Origin: Nonlabens phage P12024L
Length of the DNA: 32,000 bases
Sequence record: JQ823123.1
Reading direction: 5' to 3' (one strand)
The translations under genes were made by a program, and so were the position numbers. Positions 17,900 to 27,537 of this stretch are shown piece after piece; the stretch's first letter is position 1; every line of letters starts with the position of its first letter. The notes under the pieces were generated by a model. The model searched no databases. It saw only the letters and a list, made by a program, of their open reading frames with translations, and was not told the origin of the DNA.

Positions 17900-18363
17900 A
17901 AGACCTATCCAAACTAGACACCTACTGGCGAAAAGTTGCGCTATCAATTTGCGGCTGTTCTGTTCTTGCAGATGACCTAGTACAAGAGATGTATTTTAAA
18001 ATGATCGCCCGCAACCCTAAAGTTTGGAACAAACGATATGTTTGGAGAACGATATACAATCTGTACATGGATGAACTAAGGCGCACTAAGAAGATGACAG
18101 ACCTAGAATATGTAGAGATCACAACCGACCCAACAGATTCTGATTGCATAGAGCGAGTGATTCAAAATGCGATGCAAGAAATGGACGAAGAAACCACAAA
18201 GGCGGTTATGATTAACATGGACGATACCGTACGTGGAACGGCTCGCAAAATGGGTTTTAGTGCATACAAACTATGGAGCAAAGTGAAAGCTGCAAAGGAA
18301 GAACTAAGAGAACGCACCGACTTGCAAACGGCTTATAAGCAACTTAAAAATGGAGATATATGA
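17884..18363 (+). CDS. ECF-like sigma-70 family RNA polymerase sigma factor
   Basis: 159 aa; ADDLVQEMYFKM...RYVWRTIYNLYMDELRR (region 2) and RGTARKMGFSAYKLWSKVKAAKEELRE (region 4-like HTH). Confidence 0.7.
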   Translation: MSHLLEDLSKLDTYWRKVALSICGCSVLADDLVQEMYFKMIARNPKVWNKRYVWRTIYNLYMDELRRTKKMTDLEYVEITTDPTDSDCIERVIQNAMQEMDEETTKAVMINMDDTVRGTARKMGFSAYKLWSKVKAAKEELRERTDLQTAYKQLKNGDI

Positions 18364-18557
18364 ACACACAAGAAATCCCACAAGGCTGGTGGCTTAACGT
18401 TACCGTAATGGCTAACTATGAAGATACTTGGATAGTAGGTGTTCTGATTAAAAAGAAAACTACATGGCTCACAGAAGCAGTCTTCACTAATTTTAAGACA
18501 TCAGAAGAAGCTTACTCAAAGGGAATGGAATTTATAAAACAAAAAACCTCACTTTAA
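18360..18557 (+). CDS. Hypothetical protein
   Basis: 65 aa, overlaps the sigma factor stop. Confidence 0.5.
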   Translation: MNTQEIPQGWWLNVTVMANYEDTWIVGVLIKKKTTWLTEAVFTNFKTSEEAYSKGMEFIKQKTSL

Positions 18558-18568
18558 CGTTAATTAAT

Positions 18569-18928
18569 ATGGCAACAAAGAGAAAGAGAAAACCAAAGAG
18601 CAAAGGGCTAGGAGATACTATTGCAAAGGTTACTAAATGGGCTGGTGTAGAACCATGCGAATCATGCAAGAAACGACAAAGTAAACTCAACAAATGGATT
18701 CCTTACAATTCAGTCAAAAACGAAATGACACAAGAGCAGTTCGATAACTGGCAGCAATGGAAAACAGACTGGAACGGATCAACGCTTAACGATGACGACA
18801 TGACACTTATAGAAGATATCTATAACTCTATAAGACATACCAATATAAGCCCTTGCAGAACTTGCGGTGGCAATGGTTGGGCGCAACTCATAAAGGTTGT
18901 TAATAGTATATCGGATAAGTATAAGTAA
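18569..18928 (+). CDS. Cys-rich phage protein
   Basis: 119 aa; CESCKKRQSKLNKW and CRTCGGNGW. Confidence 0.55.
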   Translation: MATKRKRKPKSKGLGDTIAKVTKWAGVEPCESCKKRQSKLNKWIPYNSVKNEMTQEQFDNWQQWKTDWNGSTLNDDDMTLIEDIYNSIRHTNISPCRTCGGNGWAQLIKVVNSISDKYK

Positions 18929-18942
18929 AATTAATATTTACA

Positions 18943-19233
18943 ATGGAATTAAATGGAGGTAGGCGGTCAAACGGTGGGCATAGTACAAAGGCAAAGAAAC
19001 CAATAGACCGAAGAAAAAACGAGTACAAGGAAGCGCTTAAACAAGCGGCAACCGTTGACGATGTAGTTGATGTAATTATAAAGCTAAAGGAAACCGCAAT
19101 ACAGGGCGATGTTCCAGCGATTAAACTATTCTTAGAGTACTATGTAGGTAAACCAAAAGAGAGTTTAGACATCACAAGCAATGGCGAATCATTCGACTTA
19201 AAAAAAGTATTCGGATTTGATAAAACTAAATGA
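18943..19233 (+). CDS. Terminase small subunit-like
   Basis: 96 aa; directly upstream of terL; VDDVVDVIIKLKETAIQGDVPAIKLFLEYYVGKPKE. Confidence 0.6.
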   Translation: MELNGGRRSNGGHSTKAKKPIDRRKNEYKEALKQAATVDDVVDVIIKLKETAIQGDVPAIKLFLEYYVGKPKESLDITSNGESFDLKKVFGFDKTK

Positions 19234-20425
19234 TAAGTTTGAGCCATTATTTTCTGCACCTGATACAGTCCGTTACTTTATATTAACGGGTGGTCGTGGG
19301 TCGCAGAAGTCATTTAGCACAGGTACATTTGCAAACCTACTTTCATTTGAGCCAAACCACAAAATACTATTTACAAGGCATACAATGACAAGCGCACACT
19401 TGTCGATCATTCCAGAATTTCAAGAGAAAATAGAACTGCTAGAAGCAAAGGATAAGTTTGCGGTTACCAAGTCCGAAATAGTCAATCTAAGTTCTGGCAG
19501 TGAGATCATATTCAAAGGTCTTAAGACCTCTAGTGGAGATCAAACAGCAGCATTAAAATCATTGCAAGGCGTTACAACTTGGATATTAGACGAAGCGGAG
19601 GAGTTAAAAGATGAAGATACTTTCGACAAGATCGATTTCAGTATAAGGCAAAAAGGCAAACACAACCGAATTATCATTATTCTTAATCCAGCTACAAAAG
19701 AGCATTGGATATATAAACGCTTCTTTCAGGATAGAGGCGTTCAAGAGGGCACTAACGGAATCAAAGGCGATACGTGCTACATTCATACAACCTACTTAGA
19801 TAACATTAAGCACCTTAACGAATCGTTTATAAGTCGTGCCGAATCAATGCGATTAAACAAGCCTGATAAGTATAAGCATATTATGTTAGGTGGTTGGTTG
19901 GATAAAGCGGAGGGCGTTGTATTTAACAATTGGAAGTTTGGAGAGTTTAACCCAGATGGTTTGCAAACAAGCTTCGGTCTTGACTTTGGTTTTAGCATTG
20001 ACCCTGATGCATTAACTGAAATAGCTATTGATAAGTCACGCAGAGTGATTTACCTAAAAGAGTGCATTTATGAAAAGGGTTTGCAAACAAACGTACTTAG
20101 TGCAAAGCTAAACACAATAACAGGTAAGAAGTTAGTAATTGCAGATAGTGCCGAGCCACGTTTAATAGCCGACTTAAAGTCAAGAGGTGCAAACATACAA
20201 GCGGTTAAAAAGGGGACTATCGAAAGCGGAATACAAATGATGTTGGATTATGATTTGGTTGTTGATCCTAAAAGCGTTAACTTAGCAAAAGAATTAAACA
20301 ACTATGCTTATTCAGACAGGAATAGTAAGATGTATATAGATGACTACAACCACTTAATAGACGGAATAAGATATAACGTTACCTATCAATTAGACAATCC
20401 TCACAGGGGTAAATATTATGTATAA
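19217..20425 (+). CDS. terL: Terminase large subunit
   Basis: 402 aa; LTGGRGSQKSFSTGTFANLL (Walker A), TTWILDEAEE (Walker B), FGLDFGFSIDPDAL and DSAEPRLIADL nuclease motifs. Confidence 0.9.
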   Translation: MIKLNDKFEPLFSAPDTVRYFILTGGRGSQKSFSTGTFANLLSFEPNHKILFTRHTMTSAHLSIIPEFQEKIELLEAKDKFAVTKSEIVNLSSGSEIIFKGLKTSSGDQTAALKSLQGVTTWILDEAEELKDEDTFDKIDFSIRQKGKHNRIIIILNPATKEHWIYKRFFQDRGVQEGTNGIKGDTCYIHTTYLDNIKHLNESFISRAESMRLNKPDKYKHIMLGGWLDKAEGVVFNNWKFGEFNPDGLQTSFGLDFGFSIDPDALTEIAIDKSRRVIYLKECIYEKGLQTNVLSAKLNTITGKKLVIADSAEPRLIADLKSRGANIQAVKKGTIESGIQMMLDYDLVVDPKSVNLAKELNNYAYSDRNSKMYIDDYNHLIDGIRYNVTYQLDNPHRGKYYV

Positions 20426-20952
20426 TGAAACTAACAATCCCAACAAGCCAAAGCGAAATTACGCTTAAGCAATACATAGATGCACATGATAAGCCAGAGC
20501 GTGAACAGGTTGCAATCTACTTAAACATAACATTGGAGGTGCTAGATCAAATACCACAAGATGTGTATGATGAAGCATTACAATCGATAAGCAAAGCAAT
20601 GCAAGAAGAACCAGAACTAGAGCGCTTCTTTACTATAGGCGGCACTAAGTACGGCTTTGTCCCTGACTTGAACGATATTGAGGTAGGAGCATTTGCGGTT
20701 GCAGAGGATGCAGTTAGTGATCCTAGCAAAGCGCACTTGCTTATGAATACTTTATACCGACCAGTTAAAAGGCAGGTTAATGATTTCTATTCGGTCAAGG
20801 GCTATGATTCTAGGGCTGCTAATAGAATGTTAGAAGCTCCCTTAATCGCATACAGTAGTTGCATACTTTTTTTTTATCATTTAGGGAACGACTTAGGGAT
20901 TTATACCCAGAACTCTACACCACCTCAAGCCGACAGCAAGGCAGCGACTTAA
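20425..20952 (+). CDS. Tail assembly chaperone-like protein, zero-frame product
   Basis: 175 aa; partner ORF follows in the -1 frame with a T9 run in the overlap. Confidence 0.6.
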   Translation: MKLTIPTSQSEITLKQYIDAHDKPEREQVAIYLNITLEVLDQIPQDVYDEALQSISKAMQEEPELERFFTIGGTKYGFVPDLNDIEVGAFAVAEDAVSDPSKAHLLMNTLYRPVKRQVNDFYSVKGYDSRAANRMLEAPLIAYSSCILFFYHLGNDLGIYTQNSTPPQADSKAAT

Positions 20953-21119
20953 TGGAGGGCTTTAGCTTAAAATGGGGATGGTATCATACTTTTAATGTAA
21001 TAGCTGCAAGTAATGGCTATTTCGGACTAGAGAAAGTTGAGCGTGAACCGTTAGGCTCTATATTGTACTGGCTAGCTTACCAATCGGATTTGGGTAAGGT
21101 TATGAATCCAAAGAGGTAA
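20425..21119 (+). CDS. Predicted -1 frameshift fusion (about 231 aa), tail assembly chaperone GT-like
   Basis: T TTT TTT slip at 20868-20874 joins frame 1 (...SCILFF) to frame 3 (LSFRERLRDLYPELY...SLKWGWYHTFNVIAASNG...LYWLAYQSDLG). Confidence 0.55.
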
Positions 21120-21216
21120 ACTCACAGTATCGACTAACTTTGTGTTTGATTCCGTTTACATTAAAGTAAACTGTAAATATAATTCCGTTTTTGTATTGCT
21201 TATGTTGTATTTTCAT
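21100..21216 (-). CDS. 38-aa minus-strand small ORF, not in the supplied track
   Basis: MKIQHKQYKNGIIFTVYFNVNGIKHKVSRYCEFTSLDS*; minus-strand TATATTTG at 21221-21228 directly upstream. Confidence 0.55.
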   Translation of the reverse strand: MKIQHKQYKNGIIFTVYFNVNGIKHKVSRYCEFTSLDS

Positions 21217-21249
21217 AAAACAAATATACGCCTTTTCCGTTAATATACC

Positions 21250-21666
21250 ATGAACGGATATTATTTATTACTAGAATATATTAAGGGCTTACTATTAGCC
21301 GACACGGACTGCAACACCGTAACTGATGGAGACGGCTTAGTAGATGCAGACTTACAGCGACAAGAAATATATCCATTAGCTCACATAGTAGCAGATGACG
21401 GTACATTTGTTAATGGTGTAATGCAGTTCAATTTAGAGCTGTTTGCACTTGACCAATATGATGAACAACTGGATAACGATCGAGATATTTACAATACGCA
21501 AATATACGTACTTAAAAGAGTATTCAACAAACTTAGTGTAAGCGAGGGAATTACCATACTAGGGGACGGATCATTTCAGAAAGTAGAAAAAAAAGAGAAC
21601 AACCTAATTGGGTGGTCGCTCTCTTTAGTCGTGGAGGTTGCAGATGATGTTATGAGGTTTTGTTAG
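21250..21666 (+). CDS. Phage structural/tail-completion-like protein
   Basis: 138-aa ORF preceding a gp10-like gene. Confidence 0.5.
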   Translation: MNGYYLLLEYIKGLLLADTDCNTVTDGDGLVDADLQRQEIYPLAHIVADDGTFVNGVMQFNLELFALDQYDEQLDNDRDIYNTQIYVLKRVFNKLSVSEGITILGDGSFQKVEKKENNLIGWSLSLVVEVADDVMRFC

Positions 21667-21667
21667 T

Positions 21668-22156
21668 ATGGAAGTAGAAAAAGAGCTAAACAAATTTGGC
21701 AAAAGATTAGTACAAGCCAGTCGCAGCAGCTTAACACAGCAGAAGATTAATGCTAGCGGAGAGCTTTACAAGTCGATAGGGTATGATCTGAAAGTGTCTA
21801 AGAACAGCTTTGAGTTTAGCTTTGGCTCTGGATTGGATTATGCTAAGTTTCAGGATCAGGGTGTGAGTGGAACTAAGAAAAAGTTCAAGACACCATTTAG
21901 TTATAAGACAAAGAAACCGCCAGCAAATGTTTTCGAGTCATGGGCAAAACAAAAAGGGATTAAACCACGATCAAAACAGACTGGTAGATTTACGACATTT
22001 AAGTCATTCGGGTTCGCTATGAGCAACCACATATTTAAGCAAGGAATAAAGCCTAAGAATTTCATAACACGCCCTTTTGAAAATGCATTTAAAGCATTGC
22101 CAGAAGATTTGGTTAAGGCTTATGGGCTTACTTTGGATAGATCACTTTTACGTTAA
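21668..22156 (+). CDS. HK97 gp10-like head-tail/tail completion protein
   Basis: 162 aa; SGELYKSIGYDLKVSKNSFEFSFGSGLDYAKFQDQGVSG...ITRPFENAFKALPEDL. Confidence 0.6.
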   Translation: MEVEKELNKFGKRLVQASRSSLTQQKINASGELYKSIGYDLKVSKNSFEFSFGSGLDYAKFQDQGVSGTKKKFKTPFSYKTKKPPANVFESWAKQKGIKPRSKQTGRFTTFKSFGFAMSNHIFKQGIKPKNFITRPFENAFKALPEDLVKAYGLTLDRSLLR

Positions 22157-22424
22157 ACCTTTCCTCAACTTCCTTAATAGTCAACTGTTCTCGATCATCT
22201 TTGTATAGGTCTTCAAGGGTTGCTAGTTGGTTTTCATTATCAAAAAAGTAAACTTCATCATCTGCCATAGTTATGATTTTTCTATGATTGCAAAATAAAA
22301 ACATCGCTTCTCTATTTTTTATATGTTTACCGCCAAACCTCCACTGATACCCCAACTCAAAAAGTCGTTTCTGAATTGCCTCACTATGCTCTGGGCTGTG
22401 CACTCTAAATTTTAGGTTTTTCAT
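22128..22424 (-). CDS. Small hypothetical protein (98 aa), antisense insert
   Basis: Starts MKNLKFRVHSPEHSEAIQKRLFELGYQWRFGG; tail-to-tail overlap with the gp10-like gene. Confidence 0.65.
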   Translation of the reverse strand: MKNLKFRVHSPEHSEAIQKRLFELGYQWRFGGKHIKNREAMFLFCNHRKIITMADDEVYFFDNENQLATLEDLYKDDREQLTIKEVEERFNVKVIYPK

Positions 22425-22489
22425 TGTTATTTCTTTAGTTTGCAATATACAACTAAAAACAAAACCGTGCAACTTTCCGTTAATAAAAC

Positions 22490-23914
22490 ATGGCTACATT
22501 TTCAGAAATAGATATTACTTTTTTAGATTCATTTGAGGTTAACACTGCTACAAACGTTCTAAGTATAGGTTACACCGACAATCAAACAGGGACAAGTCTA
22601 TTAATAAACGAAACGATAGTAACAACTAGATTACAATCTGGAGAATTTTCAGTCGGTACGGATGCAAATACACAAGCACAAAATTATAAAGATGCATTAG
22701 ATTTAGATATAGTACCGTCTGGAGATTGGGAGGTGTCAATATCAGGTGCAACCATAACCGTAAAGAGTACTTTGGACTTCATTCAGTTTAGAAGAGCAGC
22801 GGCAGGAGCACCCAATGACACTAGAATAACTGGAGTCATTAGAAACTATACTATACCTATTGAAAGAACTGGCGGAATACTTCCAGCTCGATCAAACTAC
22901 TATATCAATAGAGATATAAATGATGCAGCTATAACACAACAGACAGTTAAGATATGGGTTGAGTCAGACCAGTTTAACGACGACTACGCACAAGCTACAC
23001 CCAACTACACAGCTACACAATTACGCCCTAGTAGCAACTGGAATAGTTTTGATTTTGCAGTTAGTCAATACGCTAGAGACTTTATAAACCCAACACTACC
23101 AGACCTTTCGGCAAGCTTAGAGCCTAGTGAAGACGGATCAGTAATTGCAATGAGTGTATCTACAAGAAATAACCAGCAAGCAACGGACCAACCTATATTA
23201 AACCAAGTCATAACCACGCTAGGATATAGCGGGTATAATTTAGGAGCGAAACCGATATACAATAGAGATATATTACTTTGCTCAACTATAAACCAAGTAA
23301 AGAAAGGAGAGAAGATTGTAGTGCCTATTTTTACATTAGGTGGCTTATCACAAGTAGTTTTAAAGGGGTCTGATGGCACAACTATTGAAACGGTCAATGT
23401 AACTGCTACCAACTTTATAAAGGACGCCATAAGCTATGCTGTGTTTTCTACCGATAACATAGATGATGAGTATGTAACTGTAAATGATCAGTATCGCTTT
23501 GAGCTTATAAACGAGTGTAAATATGATACAGAAGTTGTTTACTTCTTGAATCGTTACGGTGCATTTGAGGGGTTAACGTTCTTTAAAACACAAAAGAAGA
23601 CCGTTCAAGTTGAGCGATTTGGAGCGTTTAAAAACAATTATGTAGAGGGAGGTGTTTACAGCAACAAAAGGCATCTATACAGAAACGGTGGTGTGCAGGG
23701 TAGAGAAACATTGCAGTTAAGTAGTGGGTATGTAAGTGAGGCACAAAATGCACAGTTTGAAGATCTACTATTAAGTGATTACGTTTTCTTATCTGATAAT
23801 TCTCCTATTAATGTCGATACGAATAGCATTGAGAAGAAAACTAGAATAGTAGATAAATTGATTAGCTACGATATTAGTTTCAAAAGGTCTAGCGATTTGA
23901 TTCAGACGGTTTAA
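22490..23914 (+). CDS. Tail structural protein
   Basis: 474-aa ORF in the tail operon between the gp10-like gene and the tape measure. Confidence 0.55.
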   Translation: MATFSEIDITFLDSFEVNTATNVLSIGYTDNQTGTSLLINETIVTTRLQSGEFSVGTDANTQAQNYKDALDLDIVPSGDWEVSISGATITVKSTLDFIQFRRAAAGAPNDTRITGVIRNYTIPIERTGGILPARSNYYINRDINDAAITQQTVKIWVESDQFNDDYAQATPNYTATQLRPSSNWNSFDFAVSQYARDFINPTLPDLSASLEPSEDGSVIAMSVSTRNNQQATDQPILNQVITTLGYSGYNLGAKPIYNRDILLCSTINQVKKGEKIVVPIFTLGGLSQVVLKGSDGTTIETVNVTATNFIKDAISYAVFSTDNIDDEYVTVNDQYRFELINECKYDTEVVYFLNRYGAFEGLTFFKTQKKTVQVERFGAFKNNYVEGGVYSNKRHLYRNGGVQGRETLQLSSGYVSEAQNAQFEDLLLSDYVFLSDNSPINVDTNSIEKKTRIVDKLISYDISFKRSSDLIQTV

Positions 23915-23937
23915 GATTTATGAGGTGAATGAGTTTG

Positions 23938-24018
23938 TTATGCTTTAGTTACTAATTCACAATTAATGCCTTTAGCTTTTAATTCTTTGTAGTGTTTAAG
24001 TGATTTTGTACGTATCAT
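23938..24018 (-). CDS. 26-aa minus-strand small ORF, not in the supplied track
   Basis: MIRTKSLKHYKELKAKGINCELVTKA*; it sits in the gap between two plus ORFs with a TATTTTG-like box upstream at 24061-24067. Confidence 0.4.
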   Translation of the reverse strand: MIRTKSLKHYKELKAKGINCELVTKA

Positions 24019-24090
24019 AATGTTTGTTTCTTTCGTTGGTTCAAATCTACAACAATAAAACAAAATACACAAGTTTCACGTTAATAATTA

Positions 24091-26343
24091 ATGCAACCAC
24101 AATTATTTATTCAAAGCGAAAGACTAGACCTATACCCTGATGAATCAATTAATTTGAATCAATCGGTGCAATCGCTTAGGGATTTAACCAAAGTGTTTAC
24201 GGACTTTACTAAGTCTTTCAAAGTGCCAGCTAATGCACACAACAACGCTATATTCAAACACTACTACAAGAGCCAAATTGATGACGGCTACGATGCTAGA
24301 ACTAAAGTAGCTGGTCGCATTGACATAAACGGCATTACTTTTAAATACGGTAAAATACAACTCAACAGCGTTGGTATAAAATCGAACGTTCCAGAGTTTT
24401 ACGACATTGAATTTTTTGGTAATACAATTGAAATAAAAGAATTAATAGGAGATGACACTTTGCGTGATCTTACATCGTTAAGTGATCTAGACTTTGATTA
24501 TACAGCGGCTAACGTTTACAACCGTTTACAATCTAATCAAGATATATCATTTGCGGTTGCTAGTTACGACAGACGCTTTATATTTAGAAATGTAAACCAA
24601 AGCACAGACAATATTGTAAACATTGCTTACAATTCATTATTTACGGACGGCATCGACTGGAAAGAGCTAAAAGGGTTTATAAAATTACGTGCTATACTTG
24701 AAGCGATAGAGACGGAATACCCGCGTTTAAACTTTAGCCGTGATTTCTTTGGACGTTCTGAATTTACTGACTTATATATGAGTCTAGGAATAGGAACGGA
24801 TAAGGCTAGTCAGTTTGATACAACAAGCATCGGAACGTTAAATGTTAACACATACACAGCATTAAACTATATTTTACTTAAAAACATACATAGGGTTAAT
24901 TGTGTAGTTAATAGTGGTACTAGTGATTACCGATTGGTTATTACTAAAAATGGAGAACGCATTTACGTTAGTAACTTCGTAAATGGTAGCTATAACTTTT
25001 CTTATGAAGAAAGAAATCCAGATGAGGGAGTTTTTGTATATGAATATTTAATTGAGTCAAACGGTGTTTTACAAATCGATGCAAATATAAATTTTAAAGA
25101 GTTTCAATATTTAGGATTCTCATCGATAATTAATGAACAAACAATTAGTAGCTCAATTACCACTACAATACCTCAATTTGATACTCTTTCAGAGATAGCA
25201 AATATAAAGGTTTTAGATTGGTTTACGGCAATCATTAAAGCGTTTAACTTAATTATACAACCGCAGCAAGACGGTACGTTATTAGTTAATGATTTAAACA
25301 GTTGGTATAAACAAGGTAACATTACAGATGTAAGCGAATATATCGACATAGAAGATATTAAGGTAGAGCGAGGAGAACTATTTAAAGAAATAGAGTTTAA
25401 GTATGAAGACAGCGAACAAATACTAGCAGCGGAATATGAGAGCCAATTTGGTAAACAATTTGGAGCTGAAGAAATAAGCTTAGAGGGCTTAGCTACTGAT
25501 GACACTTTAGAAATAGAACTGCCATTTGAAAACCCACAATTTGAGCGATTAGATAGCAGTTTAGTACAATATGCGTACATTGTCGATAAAGACCAAGAGC
25601 CGTATAAAAATAAACCTTTTCTTTGTTATTTACCTACCATTGATTTAGGTAGTACTAACAGCATGATAGGCTTTAATACAGAAGATGCCTACACATTTGT
25701 AAAGTTTGCAAACATTCCTAGCCATTCACAGACGTTAGAGGGTGGGTTTACAGCTCAATTTGCAGCAGAATTTAGCGAGTACAATGGCAGTTTGCTTAGT
25801 GATAACCTTTATAGCAGGTTTTATTCGGACTATTTCAATGATTTATTTGATAAAAAAAGGCGTAAATACACTATAAAGGCGCAATTTACACCGACTTTGC
25901 TTACTAAAATAGCAATGAATGACCGCTTAATTATCAAAGGAGAGCGTTATTTAATTGACAATGTAGAGACAAACATAACAACTGGCGCGACTTCTTTGGT
26001 ATTGCTTAACGATTTATTCACTGAATTAGATGCAAGCGATACGAGTAGCAGTTTAAGCAGTAAGAGTGGTGTGTTTAACACTAATGGAAGTTTTTATTAT
26101 AGTGGAAAAAATGAATTTGCAATAGCTTTTACAGATTCTGACTGGATCACAATTGATTCACAACCGCCTCTAGTTAACTTTACATTAAGCGAAAATAAAA
26201 CAGGGCAAGATAGAGCTGGATTGATTCAAATTCAAGATGGATTAAGCGATCCTAGTTTCTTAGTCTTCCAACCTGCTGGAGCTAATTCCGCTAAGTTTGA
26301 CAGCACTACAATAACATTTGATAATACTATAACAACCTTTTAA
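24091..26343 (+). CDS. Large tail tip/baseplate-like protein
   Basis: 750 aa; FIQSERLDLYPDESINLNQSVQSLRDLTKVFTDFTKSFKVPAN, a style common in flavobacterial siphophages. Confidence 0.55.
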   Translation: MQPQLFIQSERLDLYPDESINLNQSVQSLRDLTKVFTDFTKSFKVPANAHNNAIFKHYYKSQIDDGYDARTKVAGRIDINGITFKYGKIQLNSVGIKSNVPEFYDIEFFGNTIEIKELIGDDTLRDLTSLSDLDFDYTAANVYNRLQSNQDISFAVASYDRRFIFRNVNQSTDNIVNIAYNSLFTDGIDWKELKGFIKLRAILEAIETEYPRLNFSRDFFGRSEFTDLYMSLGIGTDKASQFDTTSIGTLNVNTYTALNYILLKNIHRVNCVVNSGTSDYRLVITKNGERIYVSNFVNGSYNFSYEERNPDEGVFVYEYLIESNGVLQIDANINFKEFQYLGFSSIINEQTISSSITTTIPQFDTLSEIANIKVLDWFTAIIKAFNLIIQPQQDGTLLVNDLNSWYKQGNITDVSEYIDIEDIKVERGELFKEIEFKYEDSEQILAAEYESQFGKQFGAEEISLEGLATDDTLEIELPFENPQFERLDSSLVQYAYIVDKDQEPYKNKPFLCYLPTIDLGSTNSMIGFNTEDAYTFVKFANIPSHSQTLEGGFTAQFAAEFSEYNGSLLSDNLYSRFYSDYFNDLFDKKRRKYTIKAQFTPTLLTKIAMNDRLIIKGERYLIDNVETNITTGATSLVLLNDLFTELDASDTSSSLSSKSGVFNTNGSFYYSGKNEFAIAFTDSDWITIDSQPPLVNFTLSENKTGQDRAGLIQIQDGLSDPSFLVFQPAGANSAKFDSTTITFDNTITTF

Positions 26344-26346
26344 AAA

Positions 26347-26925
26347 ATGGCAATACAAAACATTAATCTAGGTACTGCACCTAATGACGGAACAGGAGAC
26401 GACCTTAGAAGTGGAGGGAATAAAATAAACAAGAACTTTGAAGAGGTGCTAACCTTTACAGGTGGAGCGCAATATATTGATGACTTGTACAAGGAGTCTA
26501 GTCCGCTAATAATACAAGAGGGGTCTAGGGTTAAATTAACTTGCGACAATGATACGGTAATAGATGGAAATGTACCGCCTGAATTTAGTGGCACTATGTG
26601 GAATCCTACCACAAACAAACTCGTAGCTGTAAACGACAAAGATCGCTTTATTACTGAAATCAGATTCAAGGCTAAGAACTCAGTATTGAGCGGTTTCTTT
26701 GACATAGAAATTGACATAGGTGGAGCGCAAAATGTCATATCTAAACAAAGCGAGGTGTTTACAAAATCAGCAAATAATGAGCAATCTTTTAAAACCGTGT
26801 TTGTTTATTTTACAGGAGCTACATTTATACAAAATGGCGGAGATATATTTATAACCACTTTAAATGGAGACATGAGTATTTACGATATTGAAATAGTACC
26901 AACAAGAATACATAGAGGAAGATAA
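26347..26925 (+). CDS. Hypothetical structural protein
   Basis: 192 aa; NLGTAPNDGTGDDLRSGGNKINKNFEEV, a common tail-protein N-terminal motif. Confidence 0.6.
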   Translation: MAIQNINLGTAPNDGTGDDLRSGGNKINKNFEEVLTFTGGAQYIDDLYKESSPLIIQEGSRVKLTCDNDTVIDGNVPPEFSGTMWNPTTNKLVAVNDKDRFITEIRFKAKNSVLSGFFDIEIDIGGAQNVISKQSEVFTKSANNEQSFKTVFVYFTGATFIQNGGDIFITTLNGDMSIYDIEIVPTRIHRGR

Positions 26926-26926
26926 T

Positions 26927-27400
26927 ATGAAAGTTTTTTACGACAACGATAAAAGAAATATATCAATAGAGGGCGTGGGTGTTTATTTTCCTAACTCAAC
27001 ACTTGAGGCTATAATTGAAGACGGCAAAGTTTCTGTGCGAAATAAAAATAGTTTGATAAATATTTTTCATCTAGCGCATACAGATATTGAAAAGGAAGAT
27101 GGTAGCAGTTCAGGTAGTGACATAAATGAGACTGTAACTTATCTAAACGATGAGTTTAATAAGTCACAACCTAGCGGAACAGAAGAATTTACAGGTGTGT
27201 TAACAACTCAAGTAGTTAATGACGATAGAATTAAAGCGGCTGACATTATATCTGTAATGCCAGTAACTGATGTTCTAGTAAAAGAAGCCCTCATAGTTAC
27301 TAAGGTAATCGATGGATCATTTATTGTAATTAGGTTTACAATAGGAAGCGGAATTCATGTGTTAACTACTGCATTACCATTTAGATGGAAAGTATTATGA
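26927..27400 (+). CDS. Hypothetical tail-region protein
   Basis: 157-aa ORF. Confidence 0.5.
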   Translation: MKVFYDNDKRNISIEGVGVYFPNSTLEAIIEDGKVSVRNKNSLINIFHLAHTDIEKEDGSSSGSDINETVTYLNDEFNKSQPSGTEEFTGVLTTQVVNDDRIKAADIISVMPVTDVLVKEALIVTKVIDGSFIVIRFTIGSGIHVLTTALPFRWKVL

Positions 27401-27537
27401 TCACACAAACTATACGCGCTCTAAGGGAGACAAATAAACGCACAGAATTAACAGAAGTAGCAAAGGGTAGGTATAAGTACCCTAGCAATTGGAACGAGTT
27501 TAAAAACGCTTTAAAATGGCTATTGAGAAAGAAATAA
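27397..27537 (+). CDS. 46-aa small ORF, not in the supplied track
   Basis: MITQTIRALRETNKRTELTEVAKGRYKYPSNWNEFKNALKWLLRKK*; overlaps both neighbouring ORFs (ATGA junction on the left). Confidence 0.6.
   Translation: MITQTIRALRETNKRTELTEVAKGRYKYPSNWNEFKNALKWLLRKK

Noticed and set aside
25173-25580. Tracked 135-aa minus ORF in the tail-tip gene
   Set aside because: Ser/Asn-rich shadow ORF in a long, well-supported plus gene.
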